Shown here piece after piece: positions 1 through 11,029 of a DNA stretch of 64,000 bases. The translations under genes were made by a program, and so were the position numbers. The DNA lies in the NCBI RefSeq assembly GCF_006345805.1, contig NC_043018.1, positions 7,812,001 through 7,876,000 on the forward strand. The letters run 5' to 3'. Below the pieces are notes generated by a model. It was not told where the DNA came from and ran no database searches. It worked only from the letters and a program-made list of their open reading frames with translations. This stretch comes from Octopus sinensis. Taxonomy: Eukaryota. Every line of letters starts with the position of its first letter. Position 1 is the first letter of the stretch.

Positions 1-78
1 CGTCAACCGTGTTATCGATAAAATATACAGCATTAATAATACATCGCGTAAAGTCAACACACACACACACATACGCAG

Positions 79-138
<60 letters not shown>

Positions 139-145
139 TCTGTTA

Positions 146-345
146 TTCTTTACTTGTTTCAGTCATTTGACTACGGCCATGCTGGAGCACCGCCTTGAAG
201 GGTTTGTAGTTAAACAAATCTAGCTCAGGACTTATTTTTTTAAAGCCTAGCACTTATTCTATCGGTCTCTCTGGCCGAGCCCCTAAGTTACAAGAACATA
301 AACACGCCAGCGGTGAGGGGGGAACAAACACAGACACTAACACAT
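146..345 (-). mobile_element. tRNA-derived SINE (Octopus OK-type), 3' part
   Basis: ttttacttgtttcagtcatttgactacggccatgctggagcaccgcc is the reverse complement of the 3' end of the full SINE at 6195-6602. Confidence 0.8.
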
Positions 346-368
346 ACACACACATTAAACACACACAC

Positions 369-399
<31 letters not shown>

Positions 400-400
<1 letters not shown>

Positions 401-1273
401 ACAGTGAGTAGTCTAAATTATGCAAAAATGAAAATAACACCGAGATCTCATTTTAACAGATATATTTACCAAAATTACATAAAAATATTTTGAAATACAA
501 AAGAGTAAATTTATTCAATAAAATCGCCATTGGCTTCAACCACATTCTCCAGATGACCTCGGAATTTCCTGCAACTCTTCTGGACAGTTTCCTTGTTTAA
601 GTTGGTGAATGCTGCCATAACCCTTGCCTTCAGTTTATCTTTGGTGTTACAAGGAGTTTTGTTGGTCTCTTGCTCACCTGTATCCCACACATAATAACAA
701 GGGGGTTGCAGTCTGGGGAGTTTGGTGGTCAGATGTTAGGGGTGATGTGGTCGCAGAAATTGTCTGACAGCCATGACTGGGTTCTCCTGCATGTGTGGCA
801 TGGTGCAGAGTCCTGTTGCTAGACATAGGGTCTTCCTGCAGCCACCCTCTTGACCCAGGGCAGCCCTACCTCCTCCAGGCACTTGATGTAGGCCACTGTG
901 TTGAGTCTGGGGCAGTGTGGGAAGATGAATGGAGGCATAATGTCACCATCACTAGTGATCACTCTAAATACCATGATGCTGACTGAATGTTTGATTTTTA
1001 TCACTCTCAGTACTTGTTTTGGAGACACAGCAAGCTAACGGTTGCTCTTTGTGTTCACCAACTGTTCGTATTGGAGTTTCCAGCGCGAATTCCAAGCAAT
1101 ACAGCATGTCGATTCCAAATTTCTGACAGAGTGAATTGCGTCATGGTGTGGTTGTTCTCATCGACGGTGCCCAACTGACCCTACTACACTGTGTAGTCGA
1201 CAAAACGAAAAACAAACACGCGCATGCGCGAAATTAAAAATATAAAAGGGCGACATTACCTATCGCACTCTGT
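400..1273 (-). mobile_element. Decayed Tc1/mariner (maT, DD37D-type) transposon with internal deletion
   Basis: Minus strand reads MVFRVITSDGDIMPPFIFP...V*QQDSAPCHT...I*PPNSPDCNPL. There are 37 residues from the WQQD Asp to the third-Asp position, whose codon is broken by a 1-bp deletion. Both Trp codons are stops. About 400 bp of N-terminal coding present in the 32520-33500 copy is missing. Confidence 0.85.
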
Positions 1274-1283
1274 ATATATGTAC

Positions 1284-1344
<61 letters not shown>

Positions 1345-1352
1345 TGTATATG

Positions 1353-1385
<33 letters not shown>

Positions 1386-1538
1386 TATATATAATATATA
1401 TATATATACCGGAGTAAACACATAAATGTGAACAAGGTGGAAAAAAGAGTACTCAAATACCAGTGGCAGAGTAATATGCTTTATTTAAAGCAGCAGAAAA
1501 TTCAACAAAACAATTTTCTGCTGCTTTAAATAAAGCAT

Positions 1539-1575
<37 letters not shown>

Positions 1576-1888
1576 GCATATATACATATACATGCATATA
1601 TGTACATACCTACATATATATGTAAATATACATGCATATAATGGGTACAAGACATGAAAAAACACGTTGTACACAATGAGAAACGAAAACATAAAAGCAA
1701 AAACATAGAAAACAAACTTTTTTTCGAACAGCGAAAAAACAACAAACAGAGAAACGAGACATACAACATAAAGAATATTCCCCTTCTTCAGTTGTCCTTG
1801 TTTCATCTACTCCGCATTTCGAAGGCAAAGACATATATATATATATATATATATATACTTTATTTAAGAGCAGAAAATTCAACAAAAC

Positions 1889-1926
1889 ATGTTACTCTGA
1901 GTTTCCCGTTGCCGTTCATCAGACAG
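1889..1926 (-). ncRNA. Minimal type I hammerhead ribozyme motif
   Basis: Minus strand: UGU CUGAUGA ACG GCAA CGG GAAAC UCAGA GUA ACA. Confidence 0.5.
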
Positions 1927-1942
1927 TTTTTGCTAGCAAAAA

Positions 1943-1980
1943 CTGTCTGATGAACGGCAACGAGAAACTCAGAGTAACAG
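1943..1980 (+). ncRNA. Minimal type I hammerhead ribozyme motif
   Basis: CUGU CUGAUGA ACG GCAA CGA GAAAC UCAGA GUA ACAG: intact core, 4-bp helix I, GUA triplet. Confidence 0.55.
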
Positions 1981-2084
1981 ATTTTGTTGAATTTTCTGCT
2001 GCTTAAAATAAAGCATATTACTCTACCACTGGTAGTTGAGTACTCTTTTTTTCCACCTTTTTCACATTTATGTGTTTACTCCGG

Positions 2085-2135
<51 letters not shown>

Positions 2136-2400
2136 ATATATATATATATATTATATATATATTATATATGCATGTGTGTGTGTGTGTGTGTATAAGTATC
2201 GCTGATGTCCACTTTAATGCGGCTGTCCTCTAAGAGACGACGAGACTGCTATTTAACCCAAGGAAGACAGTCCTCCAACTGGTTTATTCAGTGCGTTTCT
2301 CGCACTCGCTTATTATTGCAGGCGGGGGAGTTTATCTCCTCTCCTATCTCGAACGGAGATTTTCTAACGGACTACATATATATTATAATTATATATATAT

Positions 2401-2463
<63 letters not shown>

Positions 2464-2479
2464 ATGTAGTATCATGGGG

Positions 2480-2660
2480 CCAGCAATTTTGGAAGATGGG
2501 GTAAGTCGATAACATCATCCCATGTGCTCTGCTGGTATTTATTTATCGACCTCCAAAAGGATGAAAGGCAATTTCGACTTTGGTAGCGTTTGAACTCAGA
2601 ACGATAAGTTGCTAAGCATTTTGTCCTGCGTGCAAACCAATATATACCAGCAGACCGCCT
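2480..2660 (-). mobile_element. SINE fragment with the conserved GCCTTTCATCCTTT..GGGTCGATAAA domain (MetaSINE-like, named from memory)
   Basis: atttatcgacctccaaaaggatgaaaggc...tttgaactcagaacg; related copies at ~6060-6195, 20100-20332, 21340-21510, 21590-21800, 44440-44625, 52350-52465. Confidence 0.65.
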
Positions 2661-3029
2661 TAATAATGAAAATGATGACAATTATCCTTCGGAAGACAAA
2701 TCGTTCAGTGGCCGAAATGACCAGAGATTTCTTATCATTAGATCTATAGAATTGCTTCTCTTCTTAAAAGAGAAACATTGACATTATAGCCCATCCCGTC
2801 GACATTTCCGATAAAAACTAAATGCAAACATCTTGTAGAGATATATGTGGGATTCGCTAAATCCGGAATACGAAGAAGCACACACACACACACACACGTA
2901 TGTACGTATGTATCTATTATATGTGTGTCGGTCAAAGTGAAAAGATCCGCACTTTTATTATTTTTTTTTTTCACTTCAAGCTGGTCAATAACAAGTAACA
3001 AGATTCTTTTGTTTAAATCAAGCGTTTGT

Positions 3030-3240
3030 AGTCAGTGGCTTAGTGGTTACGGTATTCGGTCTCGCGATCGTAAAGTCGTGCGTTCGATTCTCGGCGACGT
3101 ATTTGTCTCCTTGAGCAAGACGCTCGCGTTGCTCCTGGTATTCAGCTGACAAAAATGAGATGTGCCTGAATTTCAAAGGAGCCAGCCTTGTCCCATAACT
3201 ATGTCACGCTGAATTTCCATGAGAACTACGTTAAGGATAT
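3030..3240 (+). mobile_element. tRNA-derived SINE (OR-like head)
   Basis: gtggcttagtggtta (A box) ... gttcgattc (B box), followed by ccttgagcaagac body shared with 5508-5690. Confidence 0.65.
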
Positions 3241-3242
3241 GT

Positions 3243-3413
3243 GGCCATGCTGGAGCACCGCCTTTAGTCGAGCAAATCGACCCCGGGACTTATTCTTTGT
3301 AAGCATAGTACTTATTCTATTGGTCTCTTTGCCGAACCGCTAAGTTACGGGGACGTAAACACACTAGCATCGGTTGTCAAGTGATGTTGGGGGACAAACA
3401 CAGACACAGATAT

Positions 3414-3465
<52 letters not shown>

Positions 3466-3622
3466 TACGCGAGCTTCTTCAGTTCCGTCTACCAAATCCA
3501 CTCACAAGGCTTTGTCGGCCCGAGGCTTTATAGTAGAAGACACTGCCCAAGGTGCCACGCAGTAGGACTGAACCTGGAACCATGTGGCTGGTAAGCAAGC
3601 TACTTACCACACAGCTACTCCT
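3243..3622 (-). mobile_element. OK-type tRNA-derived SINE, near full length
   Basis: Reverse complement of ggagtggctgtgtggtaagtagcttgcttacc...ggcggtgctccagcatggcc with internal (TA)n. Confidence 0.85.
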
Positions 3623-3847
3623 ACATACATACATACATACATACACATATACACAGACACACACACACATGCTCTGGGTATACATAAATTGCATCTGATA
3701 GTGGAATCCTGTTTCGGCAGTTCCAAAGTTTTGAGGAATGTGAAATCACCCCTTAGACATTATTGTTCCTATGTCTGCTCTGACCTGGAGTAGTAGCATG
3801 CGTTAGGGTCTCAGCTGTGGGTTAATTCGTCGTCGCCCTCATCAAGC

Positions 3848-4131
3848 CTAGCCAGGCTCATGAGCCCGGTCTCTGTGGCACATGTGTTCCCCCCACAGCT
3901 GGACGGGACACCAGTCCATCGAAGCGTTACTCAAGAAACAGGAAGAGAGAGTGAGAGAAAGTGGTGGCGAAAGAGTACAACAGGGGTCACCACCATCCCC
4001 TGCCGGAGCATCGTGGAGCTTTTAGATGTTTTCGGTCAATAAACACACACAACGCCCGGTCTGGGAATCGAAACCGCGATCTTCTGACCGCGAGTCCGCT
4101 GCCCTAACCACTGGGCCATTGCACCTCCACA
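3848..4131 (-). mobile_element. tRNA-Arg-like SINE (OR-type)
   Basis: Reverse complement starts ggaggtgcaatggcccagtggttagggcagcggactcgcgg; same family at 13637-13945, 14491-14790 and 41948-42015. Confidence 0.8.
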
Positions 4132-4323
4132 TGGGTTAATTACTATGTAAAAAAAAAAAAAACACCGAACGTCAAGTAACCCCTAGCAGTTTTCACAGTA
4201 TTCATCTAGGAGAGGGCACACAGTCTTCACGTGGTTTCTGGTCATCTCGCTTCAGTCTGTCACTTGGTGCCAATCACGGAGACTCAGAGAATGGTACTCG
4301 AGTTGTACAAACGTTTTTCATTA

Positions 4324-4541
4324 CAAAGGGTGCTGAAACGTTCCTGGTTTTAAGGGTGTCGCGAAAGTCCTGTTTGGAGATCCAACCATCCGAGTTCTTT
4401 TCACAGGGCTTAGAAAAACTGAAGGACCGCCGCAATAAGTGTGCGAATCTGAGAGGGGAATATGTCGAATAAAATCATAATTAATCGATCCTCCTGTCCT
4501 TTTTTTTTTTTACCCAAAGCCAGGAACTTTTCAACAATCCC
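4324..4541 (+). mobile_element. Non-autonomous mariner deletion derivative
   Basis: Imperfect TIRs (..ctgaaacgttcctggttt / aaagccaggaacttttcaac..), flanking TA, internal transposase C-terminus FSQGLEKLKDRRNKCANLRGEYVE*. Confidence 0.75.
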
Positions 4542-4676
4542 TACCAAATCCACTCACAAGGCTTTGGTCGGCCCGAGGCTATAGTAGAAGACACTTGCCC
4601 AAGGTGCCACGCAGTGGGACTGAACCTGGAACCATGTGGCTGGTAAGCAAGCTACTTACCACACAGCTACTCCTAC
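4542..4676 (-). mobile_element. OK-type SINE 5' half
   Basis: accaaatccactcacaaggctttggtcggcc...cacagctactcctaca. Confidence 0.8.
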
Positions 4677-5162
4677 ATACATACATACATACATACATAC
4701 ATACATACATACACACACATGCTCAATAAATTCATTGACGCACAGATGTCTCTTTATGTTGACCTAGTTTGTCATCCGTCGTTCCCACTCCTCAAACTTC
4801 TATGGTGTTGGAAGAGCGGCGATGTGTGCGGACCAAAACAGCTGGAAGCGCAAAGTTACAAAGCAACGGGACTGAATAATCATCTAAGAGGACAGAAAGA
4901 CAGAAATACCACCGACAACGAGGAAATATAGGGAACCATGCAACCATGCGTGTATGTGTGTGTGAGAACGTCGCTCTGCTAGGTGAAGGGAGATAACTCT
5001 AACGATAAATTGTCGTCGTAACAAACCGGCTGAGTTAGTGGATGAACTCGCCGTATTTTTCAATTTTTGACCATCCTTTCAAGATTCAGATCTCGCTACG
5101 TCATCGTTCCCACCTTTAAGGAAGTTGTTGACGTAAAGATACGAACCACCTATAAATAAACA

Positions 5163-5202
<40 letters not shown>

Positions 5203-5390
5203 CAGATAAAGGGTGAAAGATAATTAATTTATAAAATCCATAAATTTCACCTAGTAGTATTTCGGTATGGAAAAGGACCATATTCGGTAAACATATATAT
5301 AATTATATATATATATCCCCAACATGGGTGCAGTGTAATCAGTGAAACAAGTAATGTATGTATGTATGGATATATGTATATATATATATA

Positions 5391-5442
<52 letters not shown>

Positions 5443-5507
5443 TATATATATATATCTATATATAATATATATTATATATATACATACATACACCCACACA
5501 CACACGT

Positions 5508-5690
5508 GAAGGCGCGTGGCTTAGTGGTTGGGATATTCAGCTTACAGTCGTAAGATCGTGAGTTCAATTCCCGGCAATGTGTTGTGTCCTGAGCAAGACA
5601 CTTTATTTCACGTTGCTCCAGTCCACTCAGCTGGCAAAAATGAGTAGTACCTGGCTTTCAAAGGGCCAGATTTGTCACACTCTGTGTCAC
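5508..5690 (+). mobile_element. tRNA-derived SINE
   Basis: ggcgcgtggcttagtggtt...gagttcaattcccgg, body gagcaagacactttatttcacgttgctccag shared with 45812-46135. Confidence 0.7.
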
Positions 5691-6194
5691 GCTTTTGTAT
5701 TCTTTGCTACACTTATGTCTCGAAAGGAAAATGGGAGAATGATCACAGCTAGAAACCTGTGATCATAGGTATGCTGGAGAAGTACTGACCTAGGGTTAAA
5801 CACCACCACCAACAACAACATCTTGAGCCAATAAAGGTCCACCTATGTAGTAATTTGACTTGCTAGAAATAACAACCAAGTCTCTAAATTACACTCAACA
5901 TCTTAAAGGATGCATACATTTTGGTCCAAGTTTTGTTGAATATAAAAAAAAATGATGGCTTGGTCATGGGTGGAATATTTTTAATCAAGACTGAACTAGG
6001 GCTAAACAAGAATCTTCTCTATTCTAGGCACAAGGCCCAAAAGTTTTGGGGAGGAGGAGGGGGGGCATTCGATTAGATCAACCCTAGTATGCAACTGGTA
6101 CTTAATTTATCAACCCCGAAAGGATGAAATGCCAAGTCAACGTTGGTAGAATTTGAACTCAGAACGTAAAGTCAGATGAAATACCACTAAGCAT

Positions 6195-6602
6195 ATAGGC
6201 GCAGGAGTGACTGTGTGGTAAGTAGCTGTTTACCAACCACATGGTTTCGGGTTCAGTCCCACTGCGTGGCACCTTGGGCAAGTGTTTTCTACTAAGCTCG
6301 GGCCAACCAATGCCTTTGTGAGTGATTTGGTAGACGGAAACTGAAGAAGCCCGTCGTATATATGTATATATATATATGTGTGCGTGTATGTTTGTTGTTT
6401 GTGTGTCTGTCCCCTAGCATTGCTGACAACCAATGCTGGTGTGTTTATGTCCCCGTCACTTAGCGGTTCGGCAAAAGAGACCGATAGAATAAGTACTGGG
6501 CTTTCAAAGAATAAGTCCTGGGGTCGAGTTGCTCGATTAAAGGCGGTGCTCCAGCATGGCCGCATTCAAATGACTGAAACAAGTAAAAGAGTAAAAGAGT
6601 AA
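6195..6602 (+). mobile_element. OK-type tRNA-derived SINE, full length
   Basis: ataggcgcaggagtgactgtgtggtaagtagc ... ggccgcattcaaatgactgaaacaagtaaaagagtaaaagagt. Confidence 0.9.
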
Positions 6603-7140
6603 GCATTTCTCCCAGCATGCTAACAAGAATATCAACAGAAGAAATATAAAACAAAAATAATGTGAATAAAAACACTAAGGTTCCAAAATTAGAAAATACA
6701 AATTTATTTTTTCCATTTAACATTATATAATTCATCCAAAAGTTAAGTTTCAAAAATTAAAATTTCCTTCCTTTAAAATTAGAATTTGACCAAAAATAGA
6801 AATATGTTATTTTTTTCATTTTTTGTGTTTGTATGTATGCACATACATGTCTTGTCAAATCTGAATAAAAAATATTAGAAACTTGGGCCAATCTATGACA
6901 AATGAAATTTAATACCTCCAAATATGTCAGGAATTGACCTTAGAAACCATAACTGGTCCCATTAGCTCAGTACCAGAAATGGTAAGACCCCGTCCGAGTA
7001 ATATTTGGTAATTAAGTAGTCAAAGTGAAAGCACATCCAAGATAAGAATGGTATAATAGAGGGTATACCTTATCTTCATGTGTTTGTGTATATACAATAC
7101 ACACACACACACACACACAGATTATATCTACATATATCGT

Positions 7141-7369
7141 CTTTATTTTAGCATTCACTTTGCTTTGCTTAAACAGACTGGACAGTGTTTTTTGAGGCCG
7201 ATTTTCTCAGGTTGGACCTGTTGTCAATGCTTACCTGTTTCCAAGAAATGTAATATTACCTTACTTGGAAACAGGTAAGGATTGACAACAGGTCCAACCT
7301 GAGAAAATCGGCATCAAAAAATACTGTTCCAGTCTGTTTAAGCAAAGAAAAGTGAATGCTAAAATAAAG
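7141..7369. mobile_element. Fold-back (MITE-like) element, ~105-bp arms
   Basis: ctttattttagcattcactt...acctgtttccaag / cttggaaacaggt...aagtgaatgctaaaataaag, spacer ~20 bp. Confidence 0.8.
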
Positions 7370-7503
7370 ACATGTTTAACCGAACATGTTTTCACAAATA
7401 ATCAGAAATTATCAGAAACAAATGACATTCATTCACAACAATCATAGGATGTAAAAACAAAGAAATACACACACACACACACACACCTACAGTAATATAT
7501 ATA

Positions 7504-7571
<68 letters not shown>

Positions 7572-7779
7572 AATATATATATTATATATATCATATATAT
7601 ATATTATAAAAGTTCAGCAAAATTTAGATTCAAATGAATATGGAACTTAATTTAGATGCACCAGATTCTGTATGGTGTTATTCATAAAAATCCGTGGGGT
7701 GATTATAATCAAAATAAGCAACAAGAATGACTCCGGTAATCGTACCAACTTACAAGTGTCATTCTTGTTGCTTATTTTG

Positions 7780-7813
<34 letters not shown>

Positions 7814-7861
7814 TATGTATGTATGTATGATATATATACATACAATACATATGTATGTATG

Positions 7862-7937
<76 letters not shown>

Positions 7938-8188
7938 GGTGTAGGCGCGGGCATGGCTGTGTGGTTAGGGAGCTTGCTTCCTAGCTATATGGTTTCGGGT
8001 TCAGTCCCACTGCGTGGCACTTTGGGTAGGTTCTTTCACTATAGCCCCGATCCGACCGGAGCTTGTGATTGAATTCGGTAGGTTGAAGTTACTGCCGTGT
8101 GTGTATGTGTGCGTATAGCTGCTCAGTGCCTCTCCGAAGAGAGAGAGAGGGATATAAAATTAATTATATACATATATGTATATAATTA

Positions 8189-8450
8189 GATTAAGGGAGC
8201 AAGGGCAAAAAACATGACCTATGTTCAAAATGCTTGAATGCCAAAGCTTTCAGATACTACCAAAAAACTCCAAAAATATACTCGGATTGTAGGCAAGCAA
8301 GTGAAAAAACATCAAAACGATTTCACGTTTTTTCCGCTTGCTCACCTACAATCCATGTATATTTTTGAAGTTTTTTGGTAGTTTTTGGTAGTTTTTTGGC
8401 ATTCAACCAAGTTGGACATAGGTCATTTTTTTTTGCTCTTGCTCCCTTAA
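8189..8450. mobile_element. Fold-back (MITE-like) element in AT microsatellite
   Basis: ttaagggagcaag...ggattgtagg / cctacaatcc...cttgctcccttaa. Confidence 0.75.
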
Positions 8451-8632
8451 TATAATTATATACATATGTATATTATTATTAATTTAATGTATAAATTACC
8501 TATAAATTTTTAATGCATGCTGACTACCTGATAAAAATAATTAACATGATTTTATCCTTATATTGTGAAAGAGAGAGAGAGAGAGATGGATGTATGAATG
8601 GATGGACAGACAGACAGACAAATATATCAAAT

Positions 8633-8888
8633 TTATTCCTCAAGGTTTGTAATTTTAAACACCCACGCCCAGTCACAGGGTAAGCTCGATATAGGGATGT
8701 TGGGTAGGTCAATTTTAAGCCCAGTCGTAGCATAGTAACTGTATGTAAATGTATTTGGATAACCAAGCATGCGGACAACTGTTCTCGATGTTGGTTTTGC
8801 AGCTCCAAGGATGAGCATGTTATTGTTTGGCCAAAGCAACGTAGTAGCATACACGACTTTTGTGTTGTTCTCCATTTTACTGGTGTAC
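8633..8888 (-). CDS. FUCA: Alpha-L-fucosidase (GH29) copy B, exon 8 (last coding exon)
   Basis: ag|G TAC ACC AGT...: YTSKMENNTKVVYATTLLWP...LPCDWAWVFKITNLEE*; 256 bp, acceptor at 8889-8890. Confidence 0.95.
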
Positions 8889-9389
8889 CTGGAGGGGAGA
8901 GAAATGGTAAGACAAGGAAAACAGATAATGGCATGGAGCAATGATGTATTCATTCATTCATATAAATGTGTGTGTGTGTGTATGGCACTCTGTCAGTTAT
9001 GATGACGAGGGTTCCAGTTGATCCGATCGACAGAACAGTCTGCTCATGGAATTAATATGCATGTGGCTGACACATGTAGCCTTAATGTAGTTCTCAGGGA
9101 GATTCAGCACGACACAGAATGTGGCAAGGCTGGTCCATTGAAATATAGGTACTACTCATTTTTGCAAGCTGAGTGAACTGGAGTAACATGAAATAAAGTG
9201 TCGTGCTCAAGGAGACAAAGCACTGCCAGGAACTGAACTCACAACTTCACAATCATAAGCCAAACACCCTAACCACTAAGCTACGTACTTTCACTTCATA
9301 TACATACAGACAGACAGATAGACTCCAGATCCAAACATGGCAAGTTCCAAGCTAGGTGAAGAATAAATAACAACACAGATGGATGTGTG

Positions 9390-9393
9390 TGTG

Positions 9394-9435
<42 letters not shown>

Positions 9436-10184
9436 CAACATATATATATATATATATATACATATAATATACATATATATATACATATATTTATATATAT
9501 TACATATATATATACATATTATATACATATATATATATATACATATATATATTATACATATATATATATACATATATATATATACATATATATATATACA
9601 TCTATATAGATACATATATAAAATACATATTTTATATAACATATATATATACATATATATATACATATATATATATATACATATATATATACATATATAT
9701 ATATACCATATATATATACATATATATATTACATATATATATATACATACTATATATACATATATATATACATATATTATATACATATATATACTATTAT
9801 ATATATACATATATATATATATACATAAATATATATATATACATACATATATATATATACCATATATATATATACATATATTATATACATACATATATAT
9901 ATACATACATATATATACATATATATATATACATACATATATATATACATACATATATATACATACTATATATACATACATATATATATACATACATATA
10001 TATATACATACATATACATACATATACATACATACATATATTATATATTACATACATATATATACATACATTATATACAACATATATATATTACATACAT
10101 ATATATACATACATATATATACAACAATATATATACATACATATATATATACATACATATATATATATATACATACATATATAC

Positions 10185-10217
<33 letters not shown>

Positions 10218-10374
10218 CATACATACATATATATATACATACATACATATATATATACATACATACATATATAATACATACATACAATATATATCATACA
10301 TACATATATACATACATACATATATATATACATACATACATATTATATACATACATACATATATACATACATAC

Positions 10375-10410
<36 letters not shown>
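9390..10410. repeat. ~1-kb compound (TA)n/(TACA)n microsatellite
   Basis: Almost only tata/taca/cata units; source of the spurious MYIYI ORFs. Confidence 0.95.
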
Positions 10411-10650
10411 ATAATTATAACAATAAGGGTTTGCAACAAGTTGCTTGACCACATACGAAAATTTTAGAAATAGCAGCAAAGGACTACTATTTCCTTTTTC
10501 TACAAAAATATGTCTCCACAGACAACAATATTTGTAAGGAGACTTATTTTTATAGAAAAAGGAAATAGTAGTCCTTTGGCTGCTATTTCTAAAATTTTTG
10601 TTATGTGGTCAAGCAACTTGTTGCAAAACCCTTATTGTTATAATTATATA
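10406..10650. mobile_element. Fold-back (MITE-like) element in (TA)n, ~110-bp arms
   Basis: ataattataacaataagggtttgcaacaagttgc...gtctcc / ggagac...gcaacttgttgcaaaacccttattgttataattat. Confidence 0.85.
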
Positions 10651-11029
10651 TAAAAAAAATTTTTGTATAAGTTTTTACCGAATATGGTCCTTTTCCATAC
10701 CGAAATACTACTAGGTGAAATTTGTTGATTTCATTAAATTAATTATCTTTCACCTTATATCTGTAATGACTATATATATACTAGAAGAAACACCTGTTGT
10801 CGACTGGGTTGAAAATAGCTGCCAAGTTTTTACTATGAGTATTGGAAGTTATTCACTTAGATTGTAGTGAACATGAGGGCCACTATGAATAACAGTGGCC
10901 GCAGGACAGGGCCCTGTGGAACACCACTCATTCATTGTGTTTTCTTGGAGGTGGTCCCACTGACCACCACAACCTGACTTCTATCTTTAAGAAAGTCATG
11001 TAGCTATTCTCCAAGTTTTCCAAATAATA

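Larger units (their letters stand above)
1403..2090. mobile_element. (TA)n-embedded fold-back element with ~110-bp terminal inverted repeats and an internal 130-bp palindrome
   Basis: 1409-1520 (ccggagtaaacacataaatgtgaa...) is the reverse complement of 1985-2087; near-perfect palindrome 1870-1999 centred on tgctagca (1931-1938). Confidence 0.8.

Noticed and set aside
3848-4131. tRNA genes at the tRNA-like heads (also 6195, 13637, 14491, 41948, 45812)
   Set aside because: A and B boxes run directly into shared SINE bodies and no complete cloverleaf with acceptor stem is evident
1-5200. A third fucosidase copy or another host gene left of copy B
   Set aside because: No FUCA-like or other recognisable exon; non-repeat stretches (2700-3010, 4730-5150) could not be assigned
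9352-10352. Long ORFs of the MYIYIY/MCVCV type here and throughout the ORF track
   Set aside because: Translations of (TA)n, (CA)n and (TACA)n microsatellites
10674-10730. Hammerhead-like words in other repeats (also 1770-1800, 8230-8270, 24605-24625, 30780-30860)
   Set aside because: Core or helix II too degenerate to support a call from single copies
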